From a virus: 64,000 nt of DNA. The notes below the pieces were generated by a model that was given only the letters and a program-made list of their open reading frames with translations, made no database searches and was not told where the DNA came from. The translations under genes were made by a program, and so were the position numbers. Position 1 is the first letter of the stretch. Each line of letters opens with the position of its first letter. This document shows, one piece after another, positions 46,179 through 54,720 of the stretch. The stretch covers positions 14,535-78,534 of the IMG/VR virus record IMGVR_UViG_3300031977_001585. One strand, 5' to 3'.

Positions 46179-47003
46179 TTACTGCGTTTTATATCTTCGG
46201 TCTTTCCAATGACGGAGCATGTCGACTTTCCACTCACCCCCAGTGTAGTGGCAGAATTTTGCCTTCTCGAAGAATTCTTCTTCGGATGCGTAGTGTGGAG
46301 AGTCGTTCCATGTCTGATTAATAGTCTCGACATCGAAGTCGTGCTTCATCAATTGAGAAGAGATGTAGGGTTGGTCGTTCATGATGGACATATGGAAGTT
46401 CCCAGTGTAGCACCAGTCTTCCCACGGCATGAACAATTCACGTGCACGTAGGCGTGCTTCTTTTGTCCACAGAACGACACCCGTGTTCATTATCATTATC
46501 TTGGATGGTCTATTGGGGGGCATGACAGGGACGATCGGGCAGTCATGCATAGAGAACTTACGACAGAAATCTCTGTACGTATCGTCTTTGTAATCCCAAG
46601 AATTGTAACCACCACCATTGGCAGTGACAAAGTCTGACTCAAGGACACCGTAGACATCGGCACCAGACTCCATCACATCGAATATATTTTCTTCTGTATT
46701 GACGACGATGTCAGTGTCTGCGAACAACACATTGTCGTAGTCATCGAAGATTGGGTCTAACCAGACACGAGCACACTCGTGTAGTAGGGAAGTAGAACAA
46801 CCGTGTCCTTTAGTTGCGACACGTTCGTCTGAATAGAAATGCTTGGCACCTATCTTTTCCGCATAGTCCTCGAAAGACGTTTTGGAAATGTCTGCTACCT
46901 CTTGGTATAGTTGGGATCGGGTGCCGTCGTATCCTTTAATGTTGCCTCGTTTGTCAACCTCATTGGTGACAATCATATACTGGAATATTGCGTTCTGGGA
47001 CAT
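46179..47003 (-). CDS. GT-A fold glycosyltransferase
   Basis: YAEKIGA, YDNVLFADTD, NTGVVLW, DQPY, WN, F.HY. Confidence 0.75.
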   Translation of the reverse strand: MSQNAIFQYMIVTNEVDKRGNIKGYDGTRSQLYQEVADISKTSFEDYAEKIGAKHFYSDERVATKGHGCSTSLLHECARVWLDPIFDDYDNVLFADTDIVVNTEENIFDVMESGADVYGVLESDFVTANGGGYNSWDYKDDTYRDFCRKFSMHDCPIVPVMPPNRPSKIMIMNTGVVLWTKEARLRARELFMPWEDWCYTGNFHMSIMNDQPYISSQLMKHDFDVETINQTWNDSPHYASEEEFFEKAKFCHYTGGEWKVDMLRHWKDRRYKTQ

Positions 47004-47448
47004 TCTCTAACCTTGTCATAAGTCGTTCGGCACGATTGCCTACTTGACGATACCATCTCGAATCACGACCTTCAATTGCCGCATTCTTCCAATCACCCAT
47101 TTCTAGGTGACCATACATTTTCTTAAACTTACTTAGTCTTGGTCTACCAAGGTTAAACATCATGTTGACCAAGATCTCTTTGACCTCATCTGGAAAATTA
47201 GACCAGCTGTGTCCGTATAGCACACCACACTCTCTGAGGGACACGTCGAGATCTGCTTCGAATGCCTGTGCAACTCTTTCTTCGGATATCGACGTTCCCA
47301 CTGGGAACCCGTACTCGGGGTCACTCTTTGTGATGAGATGTCCAACACCGAACGTGGGATAGCCGAGATGGTCTCTGTAAATCTCATACACTACTCCTTC
47401 GTCAATCTTTAACTGTTCGTAAACAGACTCTTTGCTAAAACTTTTCAT
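46960..47448 (-). CDS. e: T4-type lysozyme (GH24 endolysin)
   Basis: LKIDEG....Y.D.LGYPT.GVGHL, NMMFNLG..RL..FKKM, SRWY.QV..RA.RL. Confidence 0.93.
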   Translation of the reverse strand: MKSFSKESVYEQLKIDEGVVYEIYRDHLGYPTFGVGHLITKSDPEYGFPVGTSISEERVAQAFEADLDVSLRECGVLYGHSWSNFPDEVKEILVNMMFNLGRPRLSKFKKMYGHLEMGDWKNAAIEGRDSRWYRQVGNRAERLMTRLENVPERNIPVYDCHQ

Positions 47449-47449
47449 A

Positions 47450-48130
47450 TCATTTCGGTGCGAATATGTAGTCGTTCCTCACGAAGTCTACCAGTTCATA
47501 TTCAATCTCTTTGAAGAACTGTAGTAGATCTTGTCGTGCATTGAAGTTGGGTAGACTGTCTCGTTGAGAGTGAAACTCTAGCATGATTAGAGGTCTATGC
47601 TTTTGTATCAACTCGATGCCACCATGCAGTGCCTTCAGTTCAGCACCTTCAATGTCTAACTTTATGAATCGCACGTCTCCTTCAATTGGATAACTATCTA
47701 ACTTTACTGACTCAACCTTTATTCTACCACTATCGTCCGGCAGCAGGTAACAGTGTCCCGATGGGTTACGGGGCATATAGGACAATACCTCATCTTTGTC
47801 ACTGACTGCCTTGTGTACCAATGTTACGTTCGAGATGTCGAGTGCTGATATGTTGGCATAAAGACAGGTCAGCACATCCAACTGCATATCAAACGCATAC
47901 ACTTTATCGAAGTGAGAGGCAAACGGAATCGTGAAGAATCCATAGTTAGACCCAAGGTCTAATGCTACACCACCTCTCCCTGCGAGAAAGTTGTCTCTGA
48001 GCATCGGCCACAGATTACCGTGCCATTGCTCGAAATCTTTACTTAATGGATAGTTCTTAAAATTCTCTATTGCAAAGTGATCGTTTTCTTGTACTGTGCA
48101 ATGCCACCCATTAATGTATTTTGCTTCCAT
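47450..48130 (-). CDS. FkbM-family methyltransferase
   Basis: LDLGSNYGFF, V.AFD, IKLDIEGAEL.AL.G, P.IMLE. Confidence 0.9.
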   Translation of the reverse strand: MEAKYINGWHCTVQENDHFAIENFKNYPLSKDFEQWHGNLWPMLRDNFLAGRGGVALDLGSNYGFFTIPFASHFDKVYAFDMQLDVLTCLYANISALDISNVTLVHKAVSDKDEVLSYMPRNPSGHCYLLPDDSGRIKVESVKLDSYPIEGDVRFIKLDIEGAELKALHGGIELIQKHRPLIMLEFHSQRDSLPNFNARQDLLQFFKEIEYELVDFVRNDYIFAPK

Positions 48131-48322
48131 CTACAACTTGACGACCAGTGCAGTCAAGATCCCTGCTAGAAGAACGTTGGTCATCAACAGTTCTAGTGCT
48201 AGGATTGTGTGGTACCAGATCCAACGAGTCTTGTATGCATTGTCCACAGAGATGTCCTGTGGGTCTGGATCGTTATCTACTTTATTCACCTTCGCATGCT
48301 GAAACAACTTTGAAAAAATCAT
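48131..48322 (-). CDS. Small membrane protein
   Basis: NAYKTRWIWYHTILALEL plus a TM segment. Confidence 0.65.
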   Translation of the reverse strand: MIFSKLFQHAKVNKVDNDPDPQDISVDNAYKTRWIWYHTILALELLMTNVLLAGILTALVVKL

Positions 48323-48330
48323 GCTCTTGC

Positions 48331-48573
48331 CTACACGTTAATTGTATTGTCTTTGCCCGAACCCTTCTTGATTGCGGACAGTTTATCTTCCCATTCCTTA
48401 CCAGCAATAGACAAAGTAGATCTCACTCCGGTAACCATTTTAGGTGCGGATGTGGGACTGTGGTATCGTTCCCATTGTGGGTTGTCCGATTTCCACTGAT
48501 CGTATTCGGATAACCGGAGAGACACTTCTGTGACCTCTCCGGTTTCCTTATTTTTAAACTCATACTGTGGCAT
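48331..48573 (-). CDS. FmdB-like small protein
   Basis: MPQYEFKN.ETGE..E......EY.Q....NP. Confidence 0.65.
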   Translation of the reverse strand: MPQYEFKNKETGEVTEVSLRLSEYDQWKSDNPQWERYHSPTSAPKMVTGVRSTLSIAGKEWEDKLSAIKKGSGKDNTINV

Positions 48574-48651
48574 TATCTAACCATCCAAAACGTTGATCAT
48601 TCACTACGACAAAGAACTCAATATATGTCTCTGAAGAGATACGTCACCCCC

Positions 48652-48810
48652 TTATGCAGAAAGTTGTTGAATAGAAACTAGCAAATTTCGATAATTCGTC
48701 AGAGTCGTCGTTCGATTACTCTGCGAATAAAGTGCTTGCTTTCTCGTATCGTGTACGAACTTCTGTAGTTCGTTAATATCTTGGTTCAACTTTTTTTCTG
48801 ATATCGACAT
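48652..48810 (-). CDS. Hypothetical protein (52 aa)
   Basis: AAGGAG SD; MSISEKKLNQDINELQKFVH... Confidence 0.5.
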   Translation of the reverse strand: MSISEKKLNQDINELQKFVHDTRKQALYSQSNRTTTLTNYRNLLVSIQQLSA

Positions 48811-48853
48811 AAGGTACTCCTTGTTATAGTTTTGTTTGTCGAATTATGAGATT

Positions 48854-49303
48854 TTACTCACGGATCAAGTTTGGATATGCCTCCTGTACAAGTTTTTTGG
48901 TTATGTAACGACACGGTGGTTTCTTTGCCACCATCTTTATCACGTACTCTGCATCCTCCGGATGAACGGATTCCAGTAACTGGATGAACTTATTCTCTCG
49001 TTGGAACGCAGGTAACGTCTCTCCCCGACCACCCTTAACAAACAAAGCAAAGTCTTTGTGTTTTCTGAGTAGACTACTAGGGACAGATTCTGGTTTATTG
49101 GGGGTGAAAGGTGGGCGTCCTTCGGGGAGTAGGAACTCCAAAGATTCGTCGAACGACCCACGGATGATATCTAGGAATGCCCAGTTATCGGAGTATTTTT
49201 TTAAAACATCTAGTCGATCTTCTCGACCATCTGCCTTCTTGAATTCTTCGAAAATTTCGAAAACTTCTCTACGATAGTTCGTAATCATACTATGCCTTCT
49301 CAA
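48854..49303 (-). CDS. Conserved T4-like hypothetical protein
   Basis: FLLPEG.PPF.PN, RE..FIQLLE.VHP.DA. Confidence 0.75.
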   Translation of the reverse strand: MRRHSMITNYRREVFEIFEEFKKADGREDRLDVLKKYSDNWAFLDIIRGSFDESLEFLLPEGRPPFTPNKPESVPSSLLRKHKDFALFVKGGRGETLPAFQRENKFIQLLESVHPEDAEYVIKMVAKKPPCRYITKKLVQEAYPNLIRE

Positions 49304-49559
49304 TTTGATAGCAGACGTATCGTTTCCTCTCTATGAGTATGTCCTGTTTCGTTTGACAAGCAAACAGGAACTGACGTAGTCCGATATCATACCTAATGAT
49401 TGTATTGCGATCTTGTCCAGTCTTTCTCTCTAGTTGAGCAATCCGACTGTCTTTTTGATCGATCACCTTTATATATTCATCATGTAACTCTGCTATGCTT
49501 ACAACCCAGATCAGAGAGCACAGCAGGGCAGTTACGCCTACGGTATATAAAGTGCGCAT
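49290..49559 (-). CDS. Membrane-anchored coiled-coil protein (i-spanin-like?)
   Basis: N-terminal TM, coiled coil, two C-terminal Cys; late-gated translation. Confidence 0.5.
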   Translation of the reverse strand: MRTLYTVGVTALLCSLIWVVSIAELHDEYIKVIDQKDSRIAQLERKTGQDRNTIIRYDIGLRQFLFACQTKQDILIERKRYVCYQIEKA

Positions 49560-49560
49560 T

Positions 49561-49603
49561 AGACCTCTCCTCTGTCTACATTTATTTATAGACAGAGGGG
49601 TCT
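49561..49603 (-). promoter_or_regulatory. RBS-sequestering hairpin containing a late promoter
   Basis: AGACC-CCTCTGTCTA / TAGACAGAGG-AGA-GGTCT inverted repeat with TATAAATA at 49583-49590. Confidence 0.8.
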
Positions 49604-49804
49604 TTAGTCGGGTAGTTTATCTACTTTTGTTTTGACGAATGTGCGTCCCTTCGTACTAAACAATCGAGACACAAAAGGGATGAACTTACCACCCTCTTCG
49701 GTCTGGTAACCGTGAAGGTGCGTGTTGCGTTCGGACGTGTAGTAGATATAGTTGCGAGCCGCACCACCCCACTCAGTGGTCTCTGTAAGTTTGTTATAAC
49801 TCAT
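49604..49804 (-). CDS. Hypothetical protein
   Basis: ETTEW....NYIY..., F...GR.F motif. Confidence 0.6.
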   Translation of the reverse strand: MSYNKLTETTEWGGAARNYIYYTSERNTHLHGYQTEEGGKFIPFVSRLFSTKGRTFVKTKVDKLPD

Positions 49805-50000
49805 TATGCATTTCCTTGATCAAGTCAATAGAATGGGTGAGACCGTTGATCTCACCCTCAAGTAACATCCACGAAGTCTTACGAGTCTCAATCTTCGTAC
49901 TCGCAAGCACCTCATGATGTACGATGTCGATTTGAGACTGCAGGTATCTCACCTGACGCAGTCTCTCTTCGAGTCGTGCTACTAGCAGTTCTACGTTCAC
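49794..50000 (-). CDS. Hypothetical protein
   Basis: Overlapping ORF in operon. Confidence 0.55.
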   Translation of the reverse strand: MNVELLVARLEERLRQVRYLQSQIDIVHHEVLASTKIETRKTSWMLLEGEINGLTHSIDLIKEMHNEL

Positions 50001-50953
50001 GCAGCGACTGCCATTTCAACAGCAAGTTCTGCCGCCTTCTTCTTCTTGACACCGTTAGCACCGTACCATGCAGAAGTCATACGACCGTCCGCAGAACGAC
50101 CCAACTGGTGGTCAGTCAAGTAGGTCACAGAGTTGAATGCTTGCCACCATGAACCACGACCAAACTCTGCCCCTGGTTGAGTCTCTAGCAACTCATATGC
50201 CTTCTTAGCATTGGGTGCGAGATCACGGTACTCACGTACCTCATCCGCAGGTGACTGCGAGGGGAACAAAGAATTGTAGTACTGGATCAGTGTATCAGCA
50301 GTGAACTGCTTGGACGACAGGAACTGTGCCATCTCTTTGTACTGGTCGAACTTCTCGTGTGCGAGACCCAAGTGTTGCTTGACCATCTGAGGATCGAATG
50401 CACGACGGTGGTTAACCTTGATGCCGTTGTTCGCAGAACCCTTCAGTGCCAGAGATAACGTGTTCATGCACGTCACACGGATCGGAGTGAATCGGATGTC
50501 GATCGACTTACCGTACTCGTGTGGATTAGAGAACAGAAGGTACGAGTCCACTTGGTCACCCTTCAGCACGTCGAACGACTCTTTGATCTTTGCGAGTGCG
50601 TAGACGAACTTACCACCCTTGAGTGAACCCGCAGAGTTCATCTCCATGTCACCTGCAGCACAGTACTCATTGAAGAACGTGAATGCATCGATGTTCTGAC
50701 AAGGTTCCCAGTTGCCACCCACCTGAGTGAGAACTGCGTTGTCAGAAGAACGTACCAGTGCTTCCATACCCGTAGGGATCAGATCAACACCTTCCTTTGC
50801 GGCATACGTGGGAACCTTCTCGACTTCCCAGTTCACACCTGCTTTCTCCATCATCTGTATCGGAGTCATGTCGTTAGACACCTCAGTTCCGATACCCCAA
50901 GGACATCCACCTACTGCGGCAGACGATTCGATTTGCAAAATATCATTCATCAT
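49997..50953 (-). CDS. DUF932-family protein
   Basis: PW.G.G..V, W.P.QN..AF.FF, AGSL.GG, YLLF.N.H, FTPIRV.C.NTL, W.AFN.VT...DH. Confidence 0.88.
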   Translation of the reverse strand: MMNDILQIESSAAVGGCPWGIGTEVSNDMTPIQMMEKAGVNWEVEKVPTYAAKEGVDLIPTGMEALVRSSDNAVLTQVGGNWEPCQNIDAFTFFNEYCAAGDMEMNSAGSLKGGKFVYALAKIKESFDVLKGDQVDSYLLFSNPHEYGKSIDIRFTPIRVTCMNTLSLALKGSANNGIKVNHRRAFDPQMVKQHLGLAHEKFDQYKEMAQFLSSKQFTADTLIQYYNSLFPSQSPADEVREYRDLAPNAKKAYELLETQPGAEFGRGSWWQAFNSVTYLTDHQLGRSADGRMTSAWYGANGVKKKKAAELAVEMAVAA

Positions 50954-51156
50954 TATATAAACTCCGGTCGGTATTTTTCGTACAGTTCTTTTGCTTGGTC
51001 ACCTTGACCAGCTGCTTCAAGACGTTCCATCATGATGCGGATTTTGTGTGCCTCATCACGACCCTTAGTGTAGTAACGATGATCGTCACTGTAGTGATAC
51101 GTCCAATCGTGGTTCTGGAGCATCTGCTCAAACAGATCCATTTCAACCTGGGTCAT
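50953..51156 (-). CDS. Hypothetical protein
   Basis: HDWTYHYSDDHRYY..G motif. Confidence 0.65.
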   Translation of the reverse strand: MTQVEMDLFEQMLQNHDWTYHYSDDHRYYTKGRDEAHKIRIMMERLEAAGQGDQAKELYEKYRPEFI

Positions 51157-51455
51157 TACGCAACCTCCTTTCGTTCACGAGCATCCAAGATCATGTCACG
51201 GACATACTCACGGTCGATGGTGTCACCATCAAAGTCAACAGAAGGACGGTAGTTGAATCGGTCGATCATGCCTTGGCAGATCTCTGCGATAGTGAAGTCG
51301 TAACGGTAGATCGCCTCTTCACCAACGTAGAACATGTTCATGTACTCGATGAAGTCAAGGACTTCGGCAACAGTCAACTCTGGATCGTTGGGACGAAACG
51401 CACAACGGTAGTACTCAGTCACTGCGTGGATCTCTAAAATGTCACTCATAATCAA
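51156..51455 (-). CDS. Early hypothetical protein
   Basis: F.GDT.DRE.VRD motif; first gene behind a promoter. Confidence 0.65.
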   Translation of the reverse strand: MIMSDILEIHAVTEYYRCAFRPNDPELTVAEVLDFIEYMNMFYVGEEAIYRYDFTIAEICQGMIDRFNYRPSVDFDGDTIDREYVRDMILDARERKEVA

Positions 51456-51483
51456 CTCTCTCTTATCATCAAATTACAGGGTA

Positions 51484-51520
51484 ATTGTAACACGATTTCA
51501 AAACGTCTGTCAACACATTT
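51484..51520 (-). promoter_or_regulatory. Sigma70-type early promoter
   Basis: GTGTTGACA-N18-TACAAT. Confidence 0.7.
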
Positions 51521-51532
51521 TGAAAAAAAGTT

Positions 51533-51745
51533 TTAGTGAATTGTACCATTATTTTCGGGGAATGAGAGCAGTGCTTTTTCGTGGATATCGATCTGCTCTT
51601 TCAGTAACTCCAATTGCTCCTCGACCGACAGACCTAACCTGGTTAACTCTTCTGCGAATCCGATATTGGTTAGGAACCCTTCTAGGAAACTCTCGACGAC
51701 TAGATCGACTGCTTCTCCGATCTCACCTACTTGATACCATTTCAT
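51533..51745 (-). CDS. Hypothetical acidic protein
   Basis: AAGGA SD; overlaps the upstream stop. Confidence 0.55.
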   Translation of the reverse strand: MKWYQVGEIGEAVDLVVESFLEGFLTNIGFAEELTRLGLSVEEQLELLKEQIDIHEKALLSFPENNGTIH

Positions 51746-52185
51746 GCGACATCCTTATAATTGACATATGTGAGAGGGAACTGTTCACCATCTTGGTGCT
51801 GAATCCAAGTGCTCTTAGAAACAGGAGTGAGATCGAAGAACGACTTCGACTCACGGGTGCAGTGAAGGCAGTCACCTGCCGACTGAGCATAAGTGGGTTC
51901 TTCCCACTCCTCTACGTGGTCTGATTCCACGAAGTCGATAGCATCGACAACGGTCTCAGAGATGACGTACTCCACAGAGTACTCAGAAGAGTGCGAGATG
52001 CACTTAGTCACCATGTCCCACCACTGCGGATCGGCAATCTCCGCCGCAGACGCAGAGACGATATAGGTGGAACCCCCCTTGGACTTCCAGTACTGAGGGC
52101 ACTCACCCTCACCGTCCCAATCATGGGCACCGTAGTTCTCACGGTACTGAGTGTGGAAAACAACACGAATAGACAGATTAGACAT
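51742..52185 (-). CDS. Hypothetical protein
   Basis: TQYRENYGAHDWDG.GECPQYWK.KGG.TY motif. Confidence 0.7.
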   Translation of the reverse strand: MSNLSIRVVFHTQYRENYGAHDWDGEGECPQYWKSKGGSTYIVSASAAEIADPQWWDMVTKCISHSSEYSVEYVISETVVDAIDFVESDHVEEWEEPTYAQSAGDCLHCTRESKSFFDLTPVSKSTWIQHQDGEQFPLTYVNYKDVA

Positions 52186-52197
52186 AACAAAACCCTC

Positions 52198-52338
52198 TTA
52201 AGTATAAAGTAGACCGTAACCGAACATGAATCCCAGTGCCATGCCCATCGCAATTAGGACACCCCAGGCAACGAACCCCTCACTAGAAATTTCTTTCTTC
52301 TTCTCAGGACGGGGTCGAAAATCTCTCATAGAACTCAT
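52198..52338 (-). CDS. Small membrane protein (46 aa)
   Basis: AAGGAG SD; MSSMRDFRPRPEKKKEISSEGFVAWGVLIAMGMALGFMFGYGLLYT. Confidence 0.6.
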   Translation of the reverse strand: MSSMRDFRPRPEKKKEISSEGFVAWGVLIAMGMALGFMFGYGLLYT

Positions 52339-52364
52339 AGAACATCTCCTTATCAACAGTACCT

Positions 52365-52398
52365 ATTATACTTGTTTTGGAAATAAAGTCAACACTTT
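52365..52398 (-). promoter_or_regulatory. Sigma70-type early promoter
   Basis: GTGTTGACT-N16-TATAAT. Confidence 0.8.
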
Positions 52399-52411
52399 AT
52401 TTGTGTGAATT

Positions 52412-52714
52412 TTACACATCTAACGAGGTATAGTTCTGTGTACGATACCAAGTTCCCACTGCATAGAGACCTTCATTAGCATCTTTACATTTTGCAGTAT
52501 TCATCATGATACCTTGCTTTTTACCTGCTTCAGCACCAAACCCAATGTTAGGAATTCCATAAAGTTCTTCTTGCAACCCCACAGGAAATTCACTGACATC
52601 AATACCATAATCTGCGAACAGATCATCGATTACAATTTTAGACCATTCTTTCTTTTTACGAGGCACCTCTAATGCCTTATAAATTCGAACCATTAATTTT
52701 TTAGTAACACTCAT
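52412..52714 (-). CDS. Hypothetical protein (AT-rich)
   Basis: GGGAG SD. Confidence 0.55.
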   Translation of the reverse strand: MSVTKKLMVRIYKALEVPRKKKEWSKIVIDDLFADYGIDVSEFPVGLQEELYGIPNIGFGAEAGKKQGIMMNTAKCKDANEGLYAVGTWYRTQNYTSLDV

Positions 52715-52863
52715 AAATTACACTCCCGTACTTTACAGTACTCCTCAGTGACACGGGTGATGGTGTAGAGACGACCATCCGCCTCCAACACCTCAACGGT
52801 GGAACCGACGGCAAGGTTGCCGACGGCAAAGTTTTGGGTAACACAATCAAAAGATAAAGTCAT
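52711..52863 (-). CDS. Hypothetical protein (50 aa)
   Basis: AAGGAGG SD; MTLSFDCVTQNFAVGNLAVGSTVEVLEADGRLYTITRV... Confidence 0.55.
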   Translation of the reverse strand: MTLSFDCVTQNFAVGNLAVGSTVEVLEADGRLYTITRVTEEYCKVRECNL

Positions 52864-53141
52864 TACGCAGCCTCCTTTGGGGCAAACAGTTTACCGAAAC
52901 CTTCGACCAGAAGGTTGTAAGAGTAGACTTCGTATCTCCACTCGTGGTCGAAATCGTAGTCGTCAGTCTCAAGAGCATCAACCTCTGCTTTCGCATAACG
53001 TTTCTCAAAACCTTGGAGAGCATCAAGAGTGTCGTCAGTGCCCATGAAACCCTTGATGATTCGAAGTGCTTGGTTAAAGTCAATACCAGCATCCTTCATT
53101 TCTTCGATTTCACACTGAGTTTGGTAGATAATCCGTGCCAT
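52863..53141 (-). CDS. Early hypothetical protein
   Basis: First gene behind a promoter; AAGGA SD. Confidence 0.65.
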   Translation of the reverse strand: MARIIYQTQCEIEEMKDAGIDFNQALRIIKGFMGTDDTLDALQGFEKRYAKAEVDALETDDYDFDHEWRYEVYSYNLLVEGFGKLFAPKEAA

Positions 53142-53172
53142 AACTATTTCCTTATCATCAAATTACATAGTA

Positions 53173-53210
53173 ATTCTACTTGATTTGGAAACGTATGTCA
53201 ACACTTATTT
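53173..53210 (-). promoter_or_regulatory. Sigma70-type early promoter
   Basis: GTGTTGACA-N17-TAGAAT. Confidence 0.75.
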
Positions 53211-53242
53211 TCGAAATAAATGAACTTTTTTTCGGTAATTTA

Positions 53243-53656
53243 TCACACTTCCGGAAGGTGCTTTGCGTGGATCTTACAACCGATGAATGCGTTGTAATAG
53301 TCGTCTCGCAGGAGTACGTCGTACTCGAACTGGAGTTTTGCTTCGTAGTAGGAACACTCTCCCTTGGTACGGCAGAGTTTGAGGATCTCACGTTTGTAGT
53401 TTTCAGGTCCGTGAGAGGCAACCTGTTCTTTGAGTTCTTGACTCGAACCGTAGTACTTCATCCAGTCAGACTCTACTCGTGTCTTCACACGACGCTTTCG
53501 AGTCTTGGTCACTGGCAGTGTTTTCGGTTTCCAAAAGAACTTCTTACCGATGTACTTCATTCCGGTATCAAGTTCTGTAATCTGGTAGACGAATCCCTGA
53601 TAGAACTCAAGGAAGTCTTCGTCTGGAGTAAATTCTTTATCTTCGTATAACCACAT
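53243..53656 (-). CDS. GIY-YIG nuclease family protein
   Basis: GFVYQIT...TG.KYIGKK, Y.GSS, REIL..C, E...QF, YYN..I. Confidence 0.85.
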   Translation of the reverse strand: MWLYEDKEFTPDEDFLEFYQGFVYQITELDTGMKYIGKKFFWKPKTLPVTKTRKRRVKTRVESDWMKYYGSSQELKEQVASHGPENYKREILKLCRTKGECSYYEAKLQFEYDVLLRDDYYNAFIGCKIHAKHLPEV

Positions 53657-53660
53657 GCAA

Positions 53661-54191
53661 CTATATAGAGTTGCTGTAAACCTCTATGAAGTGTGGTTCA
53701 CCGTTCGCAACGGTCTTGCTCCATTCTTCTGCCGCACCGTCATCTGCTTGATCACTGACGTACTTGTAGCATCGGAACTCGACACCAGCATCCTGACAGA
53801 CTTTGGCAATTGCGTATGCCTCCATCTCAACCAAATCTGCTGGGATCGCAAGGTTAGGGTCTGCAACGAAATCGTCACCTGTGCTGCAGGTGAGTCCGTC
53901 CCCTTCCCCAAGAACAACCCCATTCTCGAACGGAGTCTGTCCTAGACTGTAACCCAGTCCAGCACACGACATATCTCGTTGTACGAACTGTGTCACCTTG
54001 TGGATACCACCATCGACAGTGATACCACCTGCGGTACCGAAATTCCAAACCACGTTCGGTTTGTGTCGTTCGATTAGTTTTGCGGCAGTGAGTGCCGCAT
54101 TGACCTTACCGACTCCGGTAAAAAAGACGTTGTCCCATTGGGACATTTTTGGTGCCTCTAACTCTAAGGCAATGAGAATGATGTCTGACAT
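53661..54191 (-). CDS. MTA/SAH nucleosidase-like protein (PNP_UDP_1 family)
   Basis: ALELE, TGVGKVNAA, NFGTAG, CSTGDDFV, VEMEAYAIA.VC, KYVSDQAD. Confidence 0.88.
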   Translation of the reverse strand: MSDIILIALELEAPKMSQWDNVFFTGVGKVNAALTAAKLIERHKPNVVWNFGTAGGITVDGGIHKVTQFVQRDMSCAGLGYSLGQTPFENGVVLGEGDGLTCSTGDDFVADPNLAIPADLVEMEAYAIAKVCQDAGVEFRCYKYVSDQADDGAAEEWSKTVANGEPHFIEVYSNSI

Positions 54192-54192
54192 C

Positions 54193-54720
54193 TTACTTAT
54201 CATATGTTACTACACTGTAGGTTTTAATCTGTTGACCACGGAGTTGCTCCGTGCCACCCAAGTACTCTAGGTCGATGACACAACCATAGGAGATCTGCGA
54301 GACATCAAATGATTGTAATAGTTCTATGATAGCAAGTGCCGTCCCACCTGTCGCACTCACGTCATCGATGATGCATACCTGACTGTTCTTGTTCAGGGGT
54401 GCAGTCGTTTTGATTTCGAGTGTGCGTGAAGCATACTCGCACTTGTACTTGCGAGACTTCACGGGTGGGGGCAACTTACCAGGTTTACGTACGATGTGCA
54501 GAGGTATGCCTAGGTAAAGTGCAATAGGTGCACCCCACAGAAAACCACGAGCATCTGGTGCAACGATGTCCGTATACCCTTTGCCTTCTATTTGATTCAC
54601 AAGGGTTCGGACACTCTGTTGGAATGCCTGTGGGTTGTGTAGGAGACTGGTCACGTCTTGGAAGTTGATTCCTTCCTCTGGCCAGTCTGGTACCGATTGT
54701 ATTACCTGTTTAAGATTCAT
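54193..54720 (-). CDS. apt: Adenine phosphoribosyltransferase
   Basis: PDWP.EG..F.D.T.LL, ARGF, RKPGKLP, EY, IIDDV.ATGGT. Confidence 0.92.
   Translation of the reverse strand: MNLKQVIQSVPDWPEEGINFQDVTSLLHNPQAFQQSVRTLVNQIEGKGYTDIVAPDARGFLWGAPIALYLGIPLHIVRKPGKLPPPVKSRKYKCEYASRTLEIKTTAPLNKNSQVCIIDDVSATGGTALAIIELLQSFDVSQISYGCVIDLEYLGGTEQLRGQQIKTYSVVTYDK

Noticed and set aside
53243-53656. Intron-encoded or mobile homing endonuclease
   Set aside because: Catalytic domain only, no DNA-binding tail, and nrdA/nrdB are uninterrupted.
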